The notes: generated by a model not told the origin, from the letters alone. Shown: positions 17,801 to 26,781, counted from the first letter of the stretch. The stretch: 61,874 nt of DNA from a virus (IMGVR_UViG_3300025598_000044:1-61874); one strand, 5' to 3'. Numbers and translations: made by a program.

Positions 17801-18262
17801 TTATTTGCCACGCCCAAAAGAGACCTGAGATTTCTTCTCGGTGAACATATCCATGTTCGACCGACGGTCCTTCTGAGAAAACATATTGTTATCGACAGCT
17901 TTCAGTTGCTGCTCGGCCAGATTCTCGAAATGTTCACGACGAGACTGGACAAGCTCTTCTGGAGCTTTACAAAGCAAAAGACCACCAATCTCCACACAGT
18001 CGGGGTACCGGCTCTGGGGATTGTTGTCACGCTGGTGCATGATTTCCGGAACTTCAGTTGCCTTCACAGGCTCCCAACCTTCGCGGAACATAGTGGATAC
18101 ATTGGTCGGATCATTCTGACCCATCACCGCCGTACGGATGTACTTGAATTTCCAACCGGGGACGGGATTGGGATCAGGGAGGATCGACGCCGGACGCCAA
18201 GTCATTTTACGCTTGGACGCTTCACGATTTTCCAGTTCACGAGCCAGACGATTTTCAGCCAT
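17801..18262 (-). CDS. Conserved head-morphogenesis protein
   Basis: W.PAS.LP.P...GW.F..IR...G..D.TN....REGWEPV and IGGLLLCK.P motifs; lies between scaffold and capsid genes. Confidence 0.7.
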   Translation of the reverse strand: MAENRLARELENREASKRKMTWRPASILPDPNPVPGWKFKYIRTAVMGQNDPTNVSTMFREGWEPVKATEVPEIMHQRDNNPQSRYPDCVEIGGLLLCKAPEELVQSRREHFENLAEQQLKAVDNNMFSQKDRRSNMDMFTEKKSQVSFGRGK

Positions 18263-19160
18263 TGTTACTCTCCAGTTTCAGTTTCTCACGGGCATAAGCT
18301 TCCGGTGTCAGACCGAGGCGTTTTGCAATTGCGGCTTCGGAGGCCGAGATACGAATCTGACGGGGAGCAGTTGACCGTGTAGCCGGAGCGACAACAGTGC
18401 TGTTAGTTCTGCGTGCGGGCCTTTCAGCCTCGTCGTTATCTTGCACTTCGCCAAAATACTCTGGGAAGCGTTTCCTCATCGTCTTATCGACTCGTTCGTA
18501 GTAGTCGTCGCTCGACGCATCGACTCCTGAACGGACCAACTTTTCATGCAGACCCAACGCGAGGGCGGTCATCTCCTCGTCTTTCCCGAACCACGTATTC
18601 TTTTCTCTCCATGCCACGGCTTTTGGGTCCGGGCGAGGAACAGACTGGTTCTGGAATTGATTCTGTTGGGCGTTTTGTACACCAGTTTCTTCCTCTTGTA
18701 AAGAGGGTCTAAAGGAAGAAACTTCACGAAGTTTGAGCTTCGCGTCAGTCATAGCCTCCTGCGCTTCGGCAATGGACCCCGCATCCCCGGACTCGTACGC
18801 CGCTTTCAGGGCTGCTTTGGCGGCATTGAGTTCAATGGTCGCCGCGTTGGTTGTTTCCTTAGCAAAAATCTTTTCGCCAGTGCTAAGTCGTTGTTTCAGC
18901 AGCTTATTTTCTTCATAAGCCTGTTGAGCAAACCGAAGAGCTTCCTCCCTTTCACGGGCTGCGGCTTCCTTGGCCCGACGCTCATCGTGCCAAACCTTTT
19001 TCATCTGCTTGATGCGGGTCTGGACTTTCTCCGAATACTCGTCTAAATCGTCTTTTTCCAACTCTTTGACCAGTTCTTCGGGCATTGGAGGCTTGTTACG
19101 GTCCTCCGGAGGAGTGTCGTCCTCAATTTCTACCTTAAACGCTTCGGTTTGCTCGCTCAT
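18255..19160 (-). CDS. Scaffolding protein
   Basis: Acidic coiled coil with YSEKVQTRI, W..KN.WFG.D..MT and a C-terminal IAKRLGLT.E.YA helix. Confidence 0.75.
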   Translation of the reverse strand: MSEQTEAFKVEIEDDTPPEDRNKPPMPEELVKELEKDDLDEYSEKVQTRIKQMKKVWHDERRAKEAAAREREEALRFAQQAYEENKLLKQRLSTGEKIFAKETTNAATIELNAAKAALKAAYESGDAGSIAEAQEAMTDAKLKLREVSSFRPSLQEEETGVQNAQQNQFQNQSVPRPDPKAVAWREKNTWFGKDEEMTALALGLHEKLVRSGVDASSDDYYERVDKTMRKRFPEYFGEVQDNDEAERPARRTNSTVVAPATRSTAPRQIRISASEAAIAKRLGLTPEAYAREKLKLESNNG

Positions 19161-19169
19161 ATAGTCTCC

Positions 19170-19559
19170 TTAACCTGCGCGGCCAATGCCACGGGGATCT
19201 TCTACAGTGCCGTCAACGGAATCATCATTGATAATCCGCCATTCGGTTCCATGAATCTTGATACGGGTACCCGAATAGGCCCGTACAACAACAAAATCGC
19301 CCACTTTGCACCACGGACCGGACGGAAAACGAACCGGATCTTTGTAAGCATCAGGGCCAATTTTGGCTACAAAAAGCACAATTGTGGTCTGTTCTTCGAC
19401 TCGAACGGACTCACTGGGCTTGATAAGGCCCGTATTGCCGAATTCTTCTTCGACTTTGGGTACCATGCAGAGCAATTTGAACCCAACAGGGTCTGGCAAC
19501 TGCTTTGCCTTACGTTCTGCCTCAGATAGCGTCTTATCGACGTTAATGTCGCTCATCAA
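19170..19559 (-). CDS. groES: GroES-like co-chaperonin
   Basis: P.G.KLL, GLI.P, V.KIGPDAY, KVGDFV..R.YSGTRIKI.G.E.RIINDD.V. Confidence 0.85.
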   Translation of the reverse strand: MMSDINVDKTLSEAERKAKQLPDPVGFKLLCMVPKVEEEFGNTGLIKPSESVRVEEQTTIVLFVAKIGPDAYKDPVRFPSGPWCKVGDFVVVRAYSGTRIKIHGTEWRIINDDSVDGTVEDPRGIGRAG

Positions 19560-19752
19560 TCAACTCCTCGTCGTTTGCGACCTTGTTGGCCGTGTCTTTG
19601 ATCAACTCAATTGCATACGTAAGCCCCTGAACCAGCCCGACAATTCGGCGGTATTCAGCTTCCGTAGTCCCTCGCAGTACCTGTGCAGTAAGAGAACTGA
19701 TCATGCTTTCTAATCGCTTGATCAAAAACTCCGCTGCGGTATCCGTTTGCAT
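19543..19752 (-). CDS. Small helical protein downstream of portal
   Basis: GAGG RBS, EYRRIVG.VQGL motif, and overlap with the groES start. Confidence 0.65.
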   Translation of the reverse strand: MQTDTAAEFLIKRLESMISSLTAQVLRGTTEAEYRRIVGLVQGLTYAIELIKDTANKVANDEELIDERH

Positions 19753-19763
19753 TTGCGACCTCC

Positions 19764-22415
19764 TCAGTCGTCAGTGTCATCATCGTCGTCATCATCGTCA
19801 TCCGACTCAACCTCCCCGCCCTTAGCCATGTGCTTGGCTTCTTCGCGGCGGATGTCGTGTTCATCCAGCTTGTGAGCAACATCAGCCTTGTGCAGCGCCT
19901 TTTTGTGGGCCATATCGACGCCCAATTTCGCCCCTTCCAGCTCGTGTTTGGAGCGCTCAAGCTCATGCTGGTCGGCTTTATGGGCTACGGCAGCGACGTG
20001 AGTGTGCTTCTTGTGGGCAATATCCGCGCCAAGTTTGGCTCCGCCCAACTCATGAGTAAGCTGTAACTCAAGCTCTCGCAGTTTCAACTCGTCTGCCTTG
20101 CCCGCAGCGTCCATCATGTCTTTCTTGGCTTTGCGCTGCTGCTCGGCCTGCGCAATCTGCGCTTCAGCCTGCACCTGCTGCGCCTTGAGCTGCACTTCTT
20201 GCTGCTTGATCTGCAATTCCTGCTGCTGCATCTGGATGAGCGGGTCTTGCGCTTGCTGCTGAGCCTGCTGCTGCGCAACTTGCTGTTGATTGCTTTGGAG
20301 GAGCTGCTGAGCTGCCTGTGCCGCAAGTGCAGACAACTGAACCTCAATCTCAGGCGGCAGGTAGCCCATGTCGTTGTCAAGGTCAGGCGGGGGTGGCAAT
20401 TGCGTACCCAGCTTCTTCTGGATCTCGTTGCGGTACTTGAACGCCACATGCTCCATAAGATGCGCTGCGCCAGCCGCCATAATCTGTTGCGCCTGCGGGT
20501 TTTGCCCAATGACCTGCTGCATCATCGGATCGTGCATAGCCGCCATATGCGCCTGAATATGCGCATCGTGATCCTGATACATGAACGCTTTGACCGGCTT
20601 ACCCGTCAGAATGAACATGTTTTCGCTGATCGGATCGACCGGCTTCATGTCGTCGTTCAGTGGCACGATCTTGTTGGCGTTCTTGACGCCAATCGTTTCG
20701 ATCATCTGCCGGTGGAGAAAAGGGAGGTTATAAATCTGGGGAGCAGACTGAGCCAGTTGTAGAACCGCCTGATACTGAACAATCCTTTGGGCCATTGTGC
20801 TGGCGTTAGGATCTGACACAGGTAGTACGTCCACGTGGTCATAGTCAGAACGCTTAGCACCAGCGTCACCAGTCTCAGGCTCATAGTCGTAGCTCTCAGG
20901 CGTGTTGTCGCGGATGATGGCGGCAAGGAGCTTGAACTCCTGTTTCATCGTGTAGTGAATGCGGGCTTGGATGGCCCCCATCACCTTCAACTGCCGCTCA
21001 AGAATGGCCAGCGTCGTGCCAACCGGAGCCTGTGCCGACATATCGCTGGCATTGAGATCTGCCGAACCCGCGAACCGACGGGCATCCTCGACAATCTTAT
21101 CCATGAGCGCCGCGAGCACCTGCGACGGCTCTTTGTATGGAAGCGGCAGGATGTTGTCGCGTATCGCACCACTAGGCAAGTCAACGTCGCGAAATTCGCC
21201 CGGAGCAATCGGAGTGTCGTCGCCCTTGACCCGAAGACCTTTGGACTTGAGACCGCCGGGGAGGTTCGACAACGTACCGGCATCAATGAGCTGCCGGATG
21301 AGGGAAGTTGCCGCCTTGCTGTGCCCGCCAATAAGGTGAATCAGGCCAAAGTAATAAAAGCCAAAGCCGGGGATGTAACCGTAATGTGTGAAGTGCTGAC
21401 GACGCAGTTTGAGCTTGTCGTCTTCCAACCAGTTGCGGCGGATTGCAAGGACCGTGGCGGTGCCTTTCTCAACGGTGACAACATACGGCAGTTTGATCCC
21501 CGTGTAGCCGTGCTTGTCCTCGTCCTCATAGCCGGGGAGGTCAAGATTGCAATGGATTTCAAGGATTTGGAATCGCTCGTCCATCGACGCGCTGAAACCC
21601 TGCTGCTCCGCTTTGCGCTTCTCAACCTCGTCCATGATCCGCATCGGTTCGCCAAGTTCGATGTCTCGGTAGAACCCTGCCACCTGAAGCTTGCGCAGCT
21701 CGTTCTTGGTCTTACGCATCCGGTGCGTAATGCGCTCCGCCGTCTCGATATTGGCAGCGCCATACGGAACGATAATGTCCTCGGGAGCGATAAACGGAGC
21801 CACTTGTCGCTCAAGCGACGGATCGAAATAGATCTTCTTGAACGCGTTACCGGCAAGGGCGGTGGTCAGCAAAGCACGTTCATGTTCTGGCCGATACTCC
21901 TGCATGACTTCCGTCATTTCGTAGTTCATATCGGTTTCGACGCGCTTGGCGGCTGCGAGCTTATCGGGAGTCTCTTTCCCAATAATCACGGTACGCACCG
22001 GCCCTGCTGCCGGGAAAGTCTCCATGATGGTCTCGGACTGGAACTTGACCGCTGCTTCCATCAGGAGGGGATGGTAGACGCCGCACGCTCCCGGCCACGG
22101 CTCGGTACGTTCTTCGTACTTAAGGCCCAAGAGCTGTAAGCCTTTGACGTAGGTATCCAGCCATTCTTTACGTGAAGCAATGTCTTCCTCGACATCGCCA
22201 AGGAGTTCGTAAGCAAGCGAGGCCAACTGGCCTTCGGGAATAAGCTCCGCAAGATTTGCGTCGAACTCTTCCTTACCGTCATGCTCCATGTGCATCTCGA
22301 AACCCGGACCTGAGATATGCACTGCTTCCGGATCTTCGATCTCTACGGAAATCGGATCTTCATTGAGGGCACCCAACCCCTGCGGGGCGGCGTAAAGCGA
22401 TTTGTCGATAGCCAT
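19764..22415 (-). CDS. Portal protein
   Basis: Follows TerL. F.ANLAE, SRKEW, PWPGACGV.HP and GFYYFGLIHLIGG..LIDAGTLSNLP motifs, with a Gln-rich C-terminal coiled coil. Confidence 0.9.
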   Translation of the reverse strand: MAIDKSLYAAPQGLGALNEDPISVEIEDPEAVHISGPGFEMHMEHDGKEEFDANLAELIPEGQLASLAYELLGDVEEDIASRKEWLDTYVKGLQLLGLKYEERTEPWPGACGVYHPLLMEAAVKFQSETIMETFPAAGPVRTVIIGKETPDKLAAAKRVETDMNYEMTEVMQEYRPEHERALLTTALAGNAFKKIYFDPSLERQVAPFIAPEDIIVPYGAANIETAERITHRMRKTKNELRKLQVAGFYRDIELGEPMRIMDEVEKRKAEQQGFSASMDERFQILEIHCNLDLPGYEDEDKHGYTGIKLPYVVTVEKGTATVLAIRRNWLEDDKLKLRRQHFTHYGYIPGFGFYYFGLIHLIGGHSKAATSLIRQLIDAGTLSNLPGGLKSKGLRVKGDDTPIAPGEFRDVDLPSGAIRDNILPLPYKEPSQVLAALMDKIVEDARRFAGSADLNASDMSAQAPVGTTLAILERQLKVMGAIQARIHYTMKQEFKLLAAIIRDNTPESYDYEPETGDAGAKRSDYDHVDVLPVSDPNASTMAQRIVQYQAVLQLAQSAPQIYNLPFLHRQMIETIGVKNANKIVPLNDDMKPVDPISENMFILTGKPVKAFMYQDHDAHIQAHMAAMHDPMMQQVIGQNPQAQQIMAAGAAHLMEHVAFKYRNEIQKKLGTQLPPPPDLDNDMGYLPPEIEVQLSALAAQAAQQLLQSNQQQVAQQQAQQQAQDPLIQMQQQELQIKQQEVQLKAQQVQAEAQIAQAEQQRKAKKDMMDAAGKADELKLRELELQLTHELGGAKLGADIAHKKHTHVAAVAHKADQHELERSKHELEGAKLGVDMAHKKALHKADVAHKLDEHDIRREEAKHMAKGGEVESDDDDDDDDDTDD

Positions 22416-23938
22416 TAGTAGTACCCTCTATGCCTAGACCTAAACACCATTGGTTCGTCTTTCTCGTCCGTATCCAGTCGCATGAACCCCCCGCGACGGA
22501 ATCTAAGCAACGCCTGACTAGTGGAGTCCACAAGGTCGTCATGGTCTCCGGAAGGGAAAGAAGCTACTTCTTCCACGACTTCCTCTGCCCAAGACATGTT
22601 GGGCACCCATACGCGACCGGACGAGAATATATCTGCCACGGCGTTAAGTCGCGCAATCTTATCGTTTCCTTTGGAGGGCGTAAATTCCTGTACAGGTATT
22701 CCCATAGCCCTAAGCTCAAAGATAAGCGGGGAACCCGCAGCCTTGGCTTCCACGATAAGACTGTCCGGGTTCCACTCCTTGAACTGCTGCATAGCGGTCT
22801 GCTTCAGTTCCGGAAACTCCATGCGCTCCTTGAAGGCGTTCAGGAGGATAATGTGCGGGTGCAGCACGCCTCGGTCGTCCGGATGGTCAAATATCCCCCA
22901 CGTCGTGCACGCTGAGTAGTCCGCGCGTTCCGATTTGAGGAAGGCGGTATCCCAAGACTGGATGATGTAGTTGCACATCGGCGGGTGGGGCTGTTCCCAT
23001 ATCTTCCACCACTCACGCTTTATAATGGCCGACACGTCTGAGGTCGGCTGCTGCATGTACTGCGCCATCCACTTGGCGAGTGGCAGTTCTTCCCGCAATG
23101 CAGCAAGTTCTTCCAAATTCCAGAATTCGGGCCAGAGCGACCGTTCGCCGTTCTTGGTCTCCAGAATGGCAGGAAACTCAATGACCTCCCACTCTTCACC
23201 GCCACGCTGTGCGGCGGACTTAAGTACTTGACCTGTAAGATCTTTCTTTGACCAACGGGTCATGACGACCACGATTGCGCCGCCCGGTTGCAAACGCTGC
23301 CGGGGTCCGGAGGTATACCACTCGTACGCCTTGTCGTAGATCTCGGAGTTGGTCTCCGCAAGCGTGGCTTCCTGCTCGGAGTGCGGGTCGTCAATAATAA
23401 GGAGGTCTGCGCCCTTACCGGTTACGGCACCGCCCACACCGATAGCGAAGTATTCGCCCATTGCGTTGGTGTTCCAACGACCTGCCGCCTTACTGTCCGC
23501 TTGCAGGGCTACCTCGGGGAAGATGTCCTTATAACGGTCGGAGTCCACGAGATTTCGGACCTTACGACCAAAACCAACGGCCAATTCCGCCGTATGAGAG
23601 GACTGAATGATCTTTTTTTGAGGGTAAAGTCCTAAAAACCAGCTAGGTAAAAGATAAGAAGCAAACTCGGATTTGGTATGTCGTGGCGGCATATTGATAA
23701 TAAGCCGCTTGCATTTGCCTTGAGCAACTCGCTCAAAGGCCGCAGCCATCATCTCGTGGTGCCTTCCATGAATAAACCCCGGCCAGACGTACTTGACATA
23801 GGACAAGAAGTTGTTCTTAGCGAGCTGTCGAGTCCCCAGCCGCCTAGCCTCTGCGATGAGCTGGCCTACTTTCTGCTGAACAGACGGTGGCAGAGTTGGG
23901 AGGCGTTTCTCCGCTTCCAGCAGGAGATCAAGATCCAT
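22415..23938 (-). CDS. terL: Terminase large subunit
   Basis: INMPPRHTKS Walker A, LIIDDPH Walker B, VMTRW, and nuclease motifs SWDTA, IVEAKAAG and HDDLVDS. Likely start is the ATG at 23938. Confidence 0.95.
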   Translation of the reverse strand: MDLDLLLEAEKRLPTLPPSVQQKVGQLIAEARRLGTRQLAKNNFLSYVKYVWPGFIHGRHHEMMAAAFERVAQGKCKRLIINMPPRHTKSEFASYLLPSWFLGLYPQKKIIQSSHTAELAVGFGRKVRNLVDSDRYKDIFPEVALQADSKAAGRWNTNAMGEYFAIGVGGAVTGKGADLLIIDDPHSEQEATLAETNSEIYDKAYEWYTSGPRQRLQPGGAIVVVMTRWSKKDLTGQVLKSAAQRGGEEWEVIEFPAILETKNGERSLWPEFWNLEELAALREELPLAKWMAQYMQQPTSDVSAIIKREWWKIWEQPHPPMCNYIIQSWDTAFLKSERADYSACTTWGIFDHPDDRGVLHPHIILLNAFKERMEFPELKQTAMQQFKEWNPDSLIVEAKAAGSPLIFELRAMGIPVQEFTPSKGNDKIARLNAVADIFSSGRVWVPNMSWAEEVVEEVASFPSGDHDDLVDSTSQALLRFRRGGFMRLDTDEKDEPMVFRSRHRGYY

Positions 23939-24527
23939 CGTCAGATTCCGTATCTTCCGTACTTTCCGTACTTCCCTCTCCCAGTTCCTCGTCCACATCG
24001 AAGTCGGCTATAGCCGTAGTGTCGAGTTCTTCGTCCTTGACCATTGTGTAATCGGTGTACATCTCCAACGTCTTACGCAGCTCGGCCTCAATATCCGACA
24101 CCGAACGATGCGTGATGTTGATGTCTACACGGTCCGAAAATGCGTTAACACCGGCTGTCTTGCCCAGCAGCTCCAGAGCCTTGAGTCGAATTTTGGGGTC
24201 TTCATCGTTACTCTCCAAAAGAAGCTTGTTTGTAACGTAGTTACGAAGCCGTCGGTGCACATCCAGCACCTCGTGGTCCCACTCATTCAATAGTGCTTCC
24301 AACGTGACGATGGCACCGGTTGTCAAGGTCTTGACAGGCGGAAACTCCTTTTCCGCCATGATTTGGTGTGCTTGCCGTCTATCGGCATCAGTAATTTCTA
24401 CTGGTTCATCAAGGACTTGCACCGTAGCAAACAGTGCGTGGGCCTTGGCACGGAAGTCCGTTAACTCTTCCGGAGTCGTGTCGAACGGCAGGGGGATACC
24501 GGACTCTGGGGTAGCGACAATGGGCAT
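23928..24527 (-). CDS. Probable terminase small subunit
   Basis: Directly upstream of and overlapping terL; RLRNYVTNKLL.E..D.KIRLKALELLGK motif. Likely start is the ATG at 24527. Confidence 0.7.
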   Translation of the reverse strand: MPIVATPESGIPLPFDTTPEELTDFRAKAHALFATVQVLDEPVEITDADRRQAHQIMAEKEFPPVKTLTTGAIVTLEALLNEWDHEVLDVHRRLRNYVTNKLLLESNDEDPKIRLKALELLGKTAGVNAFSDRVDINITHRSVSDIEAELRKTLEMYTDYTMVKDEELDTTAIADFDVDEELGEGSTESTEDTESDDGS

Positions 24528-24803
24528 TTTGCATTCGCAATGGCGAAAGAAGCTTAGAACATAACATAAAACTATTTTCAAAAATATATACCCCCCTCCC
24601 CCATCTGAAAAGAAAAAGCAAGGGGGTAGGTTCCTATAAACAAGTGGGTGGGGGGTTGGATTTTAAAGAAGCAGATCGGGTGTGCAGATTATTGAGCATG
24701 GCTGGCGCGCGGGGGGCCCGTTGTGATTTTGGGGGGTGGCCTCCTAGTGGGAGTCAAGGTGCGAACCGTGGCGAATTGCTCGGTTTCGGCTGATCGTGGT
24801 CGT

Positions 24804-24833
24804 TTTGACAATCATCGTCAAATATGGTCTTAT
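24804..24833 (+). promoter_or_regulatory. Sigma70-type early promoter overlapped by an inverted repeat
   Basis: TTGACA (24805-24810), 17-nt spacer, TG-n-TCTTAT; inverted repeat TTTGAC-N7-GTCAAA. Confidence 0.65.
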
Positions 24834-24836
24834 AGA

Positions 24837-25145
24837 TGCAAGTAACGACGTGACGTCGTCGCTAGTCGGATCCCACCCGCAAGAGGTGCAAACCCCCGGA
24901 CGGATCCGCCGGATGCTGAAGGCTAGGGCCTTGCAGCCACGTGGACCGAAAAGCGCGCAAGCGTGAGTACCGGCGAGTGTGGGCGACGTGCAAGAGCAGC
25001 CATTAGGAATACCGAAGGCGCGTAATCGCCCGTACACCACTGGCACCGTGTACGGATTGGATTGCAACCGGATACAGACCGGAACATGAAAAAGCGCATC
25101 AGCCCGTGCTGATATTGAGAAGGGCGCAATCTCGCTACCCTTCAT
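24837..25145 (+). ncRNA. Candidate multi-domain structured RNA (~310 nt)
   Basis: Nested stems, GCAA tetraloops and a GAA/AGUA loop-E-like motif; no credible ORF; lies between the promoter and the first early gene. Confidence 0.6.
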
Positions 25146-25193
25146 AATGTCAACATAGACTCATCTTTATACCAATCAATCGGAGTGCAAATC

Positions 25194-25706
25194 ATGTTTA
25201 AACTTCTCTCACAAGCCGATACCGTTAAGACCATCAAGAGCATCAAGACTCGTGCCAACAAGTTGCAAAGCGACATTCATACCTGCGCGGTCTCGACTCT
25301 CGCCCATATGCGTGACCACGGCGACTACACTCTCGCTGTATCGCTCATGAACGCTCTACCCTCGGGCCAGCGCGTGAAGGGCCTCGCTGCTTGGTACAAG
25401 AATTTTACCAATGGCAAGTTCACGCTGCGGCAGGACAAAAAGCAGGGCAACATCTGGGTCGGCGCTTTGTCGAAAGACCGCACGGCGGAGGATTTCCTCG
25501 TGGATGAAGCGTCGAAAATCACCTTCGCGGAATTCACGGCTGAGTCCGCACCGATGCAGGTCACGCCGGAGTCGATCAAGAAATACCTTGACCGCCTGAT
25601 CGCTAACGACGAGACGATTAAGGACGCGCTCGGCGAGGACCAGCCGAAGGTCACCGAGGCTGCGAAGGTTGCGGCTAAAGCTATGTTGGCCATGATTGCA
25701 GCGTGA
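25194..25706 (+). CDS. First early protein (unknown function, HGD motif)
   Basis: GGAG RBS, ATG at 25194, HMRDHGDYT..L..ALP.G.R...L.AW motif and its own terminator. Confidence 0.8.
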   Translation: MFKLLSQADTVKTIKSIKTRANKLQSDIHTCAVSTLAHMRDHGDYTLAVSLMNALPSGQRVKGLAAWYKNFTNGKFTLRQDKKQGNIWVGALSKDRTAEDFLVDEASKITFAEFTAESAPMQVTPESIKKYLDRLIANDETIKDALGEDQPKVTEAAKVAAKAMLAMIAA

Positions 25707-25723
25707 TCGTGTACTTCACTTTG

Positions 25724-25760
25724 ACCTGTAGGCTGCATTGCAGCCTACAGGTTTTTCTTT
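25724..25760 (+). terminator. Intrinsic terminator
   Basis: 13-bp perfect stem ACCTGTAGGCTGC-ATT-GCAGCCTACAGGT followed by TTTTCTTT. Confidence 0.85.
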
Positions 25761-25764
25761 CGGC

Positions 25765-26155
25765 CGTCAATACTCGCGCAAAATGCGTCGTTGAGTAGCA
25801 ATCACCTATTTTGAGTAGAGTGAGTAGCAGAGGTACTCACTCCGTTTCGTTCGCAAGTGATTGATCCGCAAGCAAGTAGTGAGGGGTCCAGTAGTAAGTA
25901 AGTAATAAGTAATTAAATTATATATATACCCCCTATTCCTCTCACAACACAGAAAAAACTTGTTGCTCTGTGTCTGTACGAGCGGCTGCGCGGGGGTGAA
26001 CGTATATTTTTGAGTTGCTACTCAAAATCGTCGAAAAACGTCTATTTATCTTTTACATTCAATGCCTTAGCGCGATTAGCCTAACTACTCACGCTACTCA
26101 GGCATTTTTTATTGTCTTACATTTCAATAACTTGGAGTGAGTAGCACTACTCACC
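25765..26155. repeat. Iteron-like GAGTAG/CTACTC repeats around an AT-rich core (candidate replication origin)
   Basis: TGAGTAG copies on the left, CTACTCA copies on the right, AT tract at ~25895-25928, and palindrome GTGAGTAG-CA-CTACTCAC at 26137-26154. Confidence 0.6.
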
Positions 26156-26193
26156 CGCCGACCGCGCGAACTATCACGCGCAAAGGATCCGCA

Positions 26194-26325
26194 ATGAAAC
26201 TTAGAGGCTGGAAAGGTTGGCTCATTGCATTGGCATATTTCTCGGCGCTCGGTGCGCCCTTTTGGTTCGCGTTGCCGGTCCTGCTAATGACCGCCGTCGT
26301 AATGGCTCATGAGGAGGAGGAGTGA
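26194..26325 (+). CDS. Small membrane protein (43 aa)
   Basis: AAGGA RBS, hydrophobic core and acidic tail. Confidence 0.55.
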   Translation: MKLRGWKGWLIALAYFSALGAPFWFALPVLLMTAVVMAHEEEE

Positions 26326-26326
26326 G

Positions 26327-26530
26327 ATGGACCGATGCAAGTGGTGCGCACAAGTCATCGCACCGTCACGTGCAAACATCGGGTACCAAACCTGCAAACC
26401 ATGTGGGGAGCGAGACGCTCGCGCCTACAAGCACACCATCGTGCCGATGCACAAGAGTAATTACATGCCGGTCACCGACCGGGAAATGCTGAAACAACTA
26501 ACCCGCCCCGGACGGGGCTTAGGAGGCTGA
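26327..26530 (+). CDS. C4 zinc-finger protein (DksA/TraR-finger-like)
   Basis: CKWC..I...R...GY.TCKPC followed by IVPMHKSNY; strong RBS. Confidence 0.7.
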   Translation: MDRCKWCAQVIAPSRANIGYQTCKPCGERDARAYKHTIVPMHKSNYMPVTDREMLKQLTRPGRGLGG

Positions 26531-26531
26531 G

Positions 26532-26780
26532 ATGAGTAACGAGAACAAGACGAAAGACGGTGCAGTGATGGGCGGCGATTGGGATGCCCGCTGTGACGTG
26601 ACACTCACTTACAAGGGTAAGACTCTCAAGGGCTTTTGGGATAGCGAGTGTGGTTACAACTTGTACAACGATGACGAGACGGAGGCAGTCACCGACGCCA
26701 TGAGCGAGGACGAGGAGGATGCGTTCTGGGATTGGGTGATGGAACTGCCGCAACCCCGTCTGATTTTGGAGGAGGTGTGA
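26532..26780 (+). CDS. Small acidic hypothetical protein
   Basis: AGGAGG RBS; tightly packed with neighbours. Confidence 0.7.
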   Translation: MSNENKTKDGAVMGGDWDARCDVTLTYKGKTLKGFWDSECGYNLYNDDETEAVTDAMSEDEEDAFWDWVMELPQPRLILEEV

Positions 26781-26781
26781 C

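Noticed and set aside
23939-23998. Longer N-termini given by the ORF track for TerL (also TerS, HNH, 10614, 26847, 34286)
   Set aside because: These extensions overlap neighbouring genes, and downstream starts with coupling or an RBS fit better.
24910-24960. Hammerhead ribozyme (CUGAAG ... CGAAA)
   Set aside because: The core is not CUGANGA and the flanking stems do not give hammerhead topology.
24744-25145. 133-aa and 68-aa minus-strand ORFs over the structured region
   Set aside because: They have no convincing RBS or motif, and the region is better explained by a plus-strand promoter plus RNA structure.
25765-26155. CRISPR or mini-array
   Set aside because: The repeats are only 6-8 nt, irregularly spaced and in both orientations.
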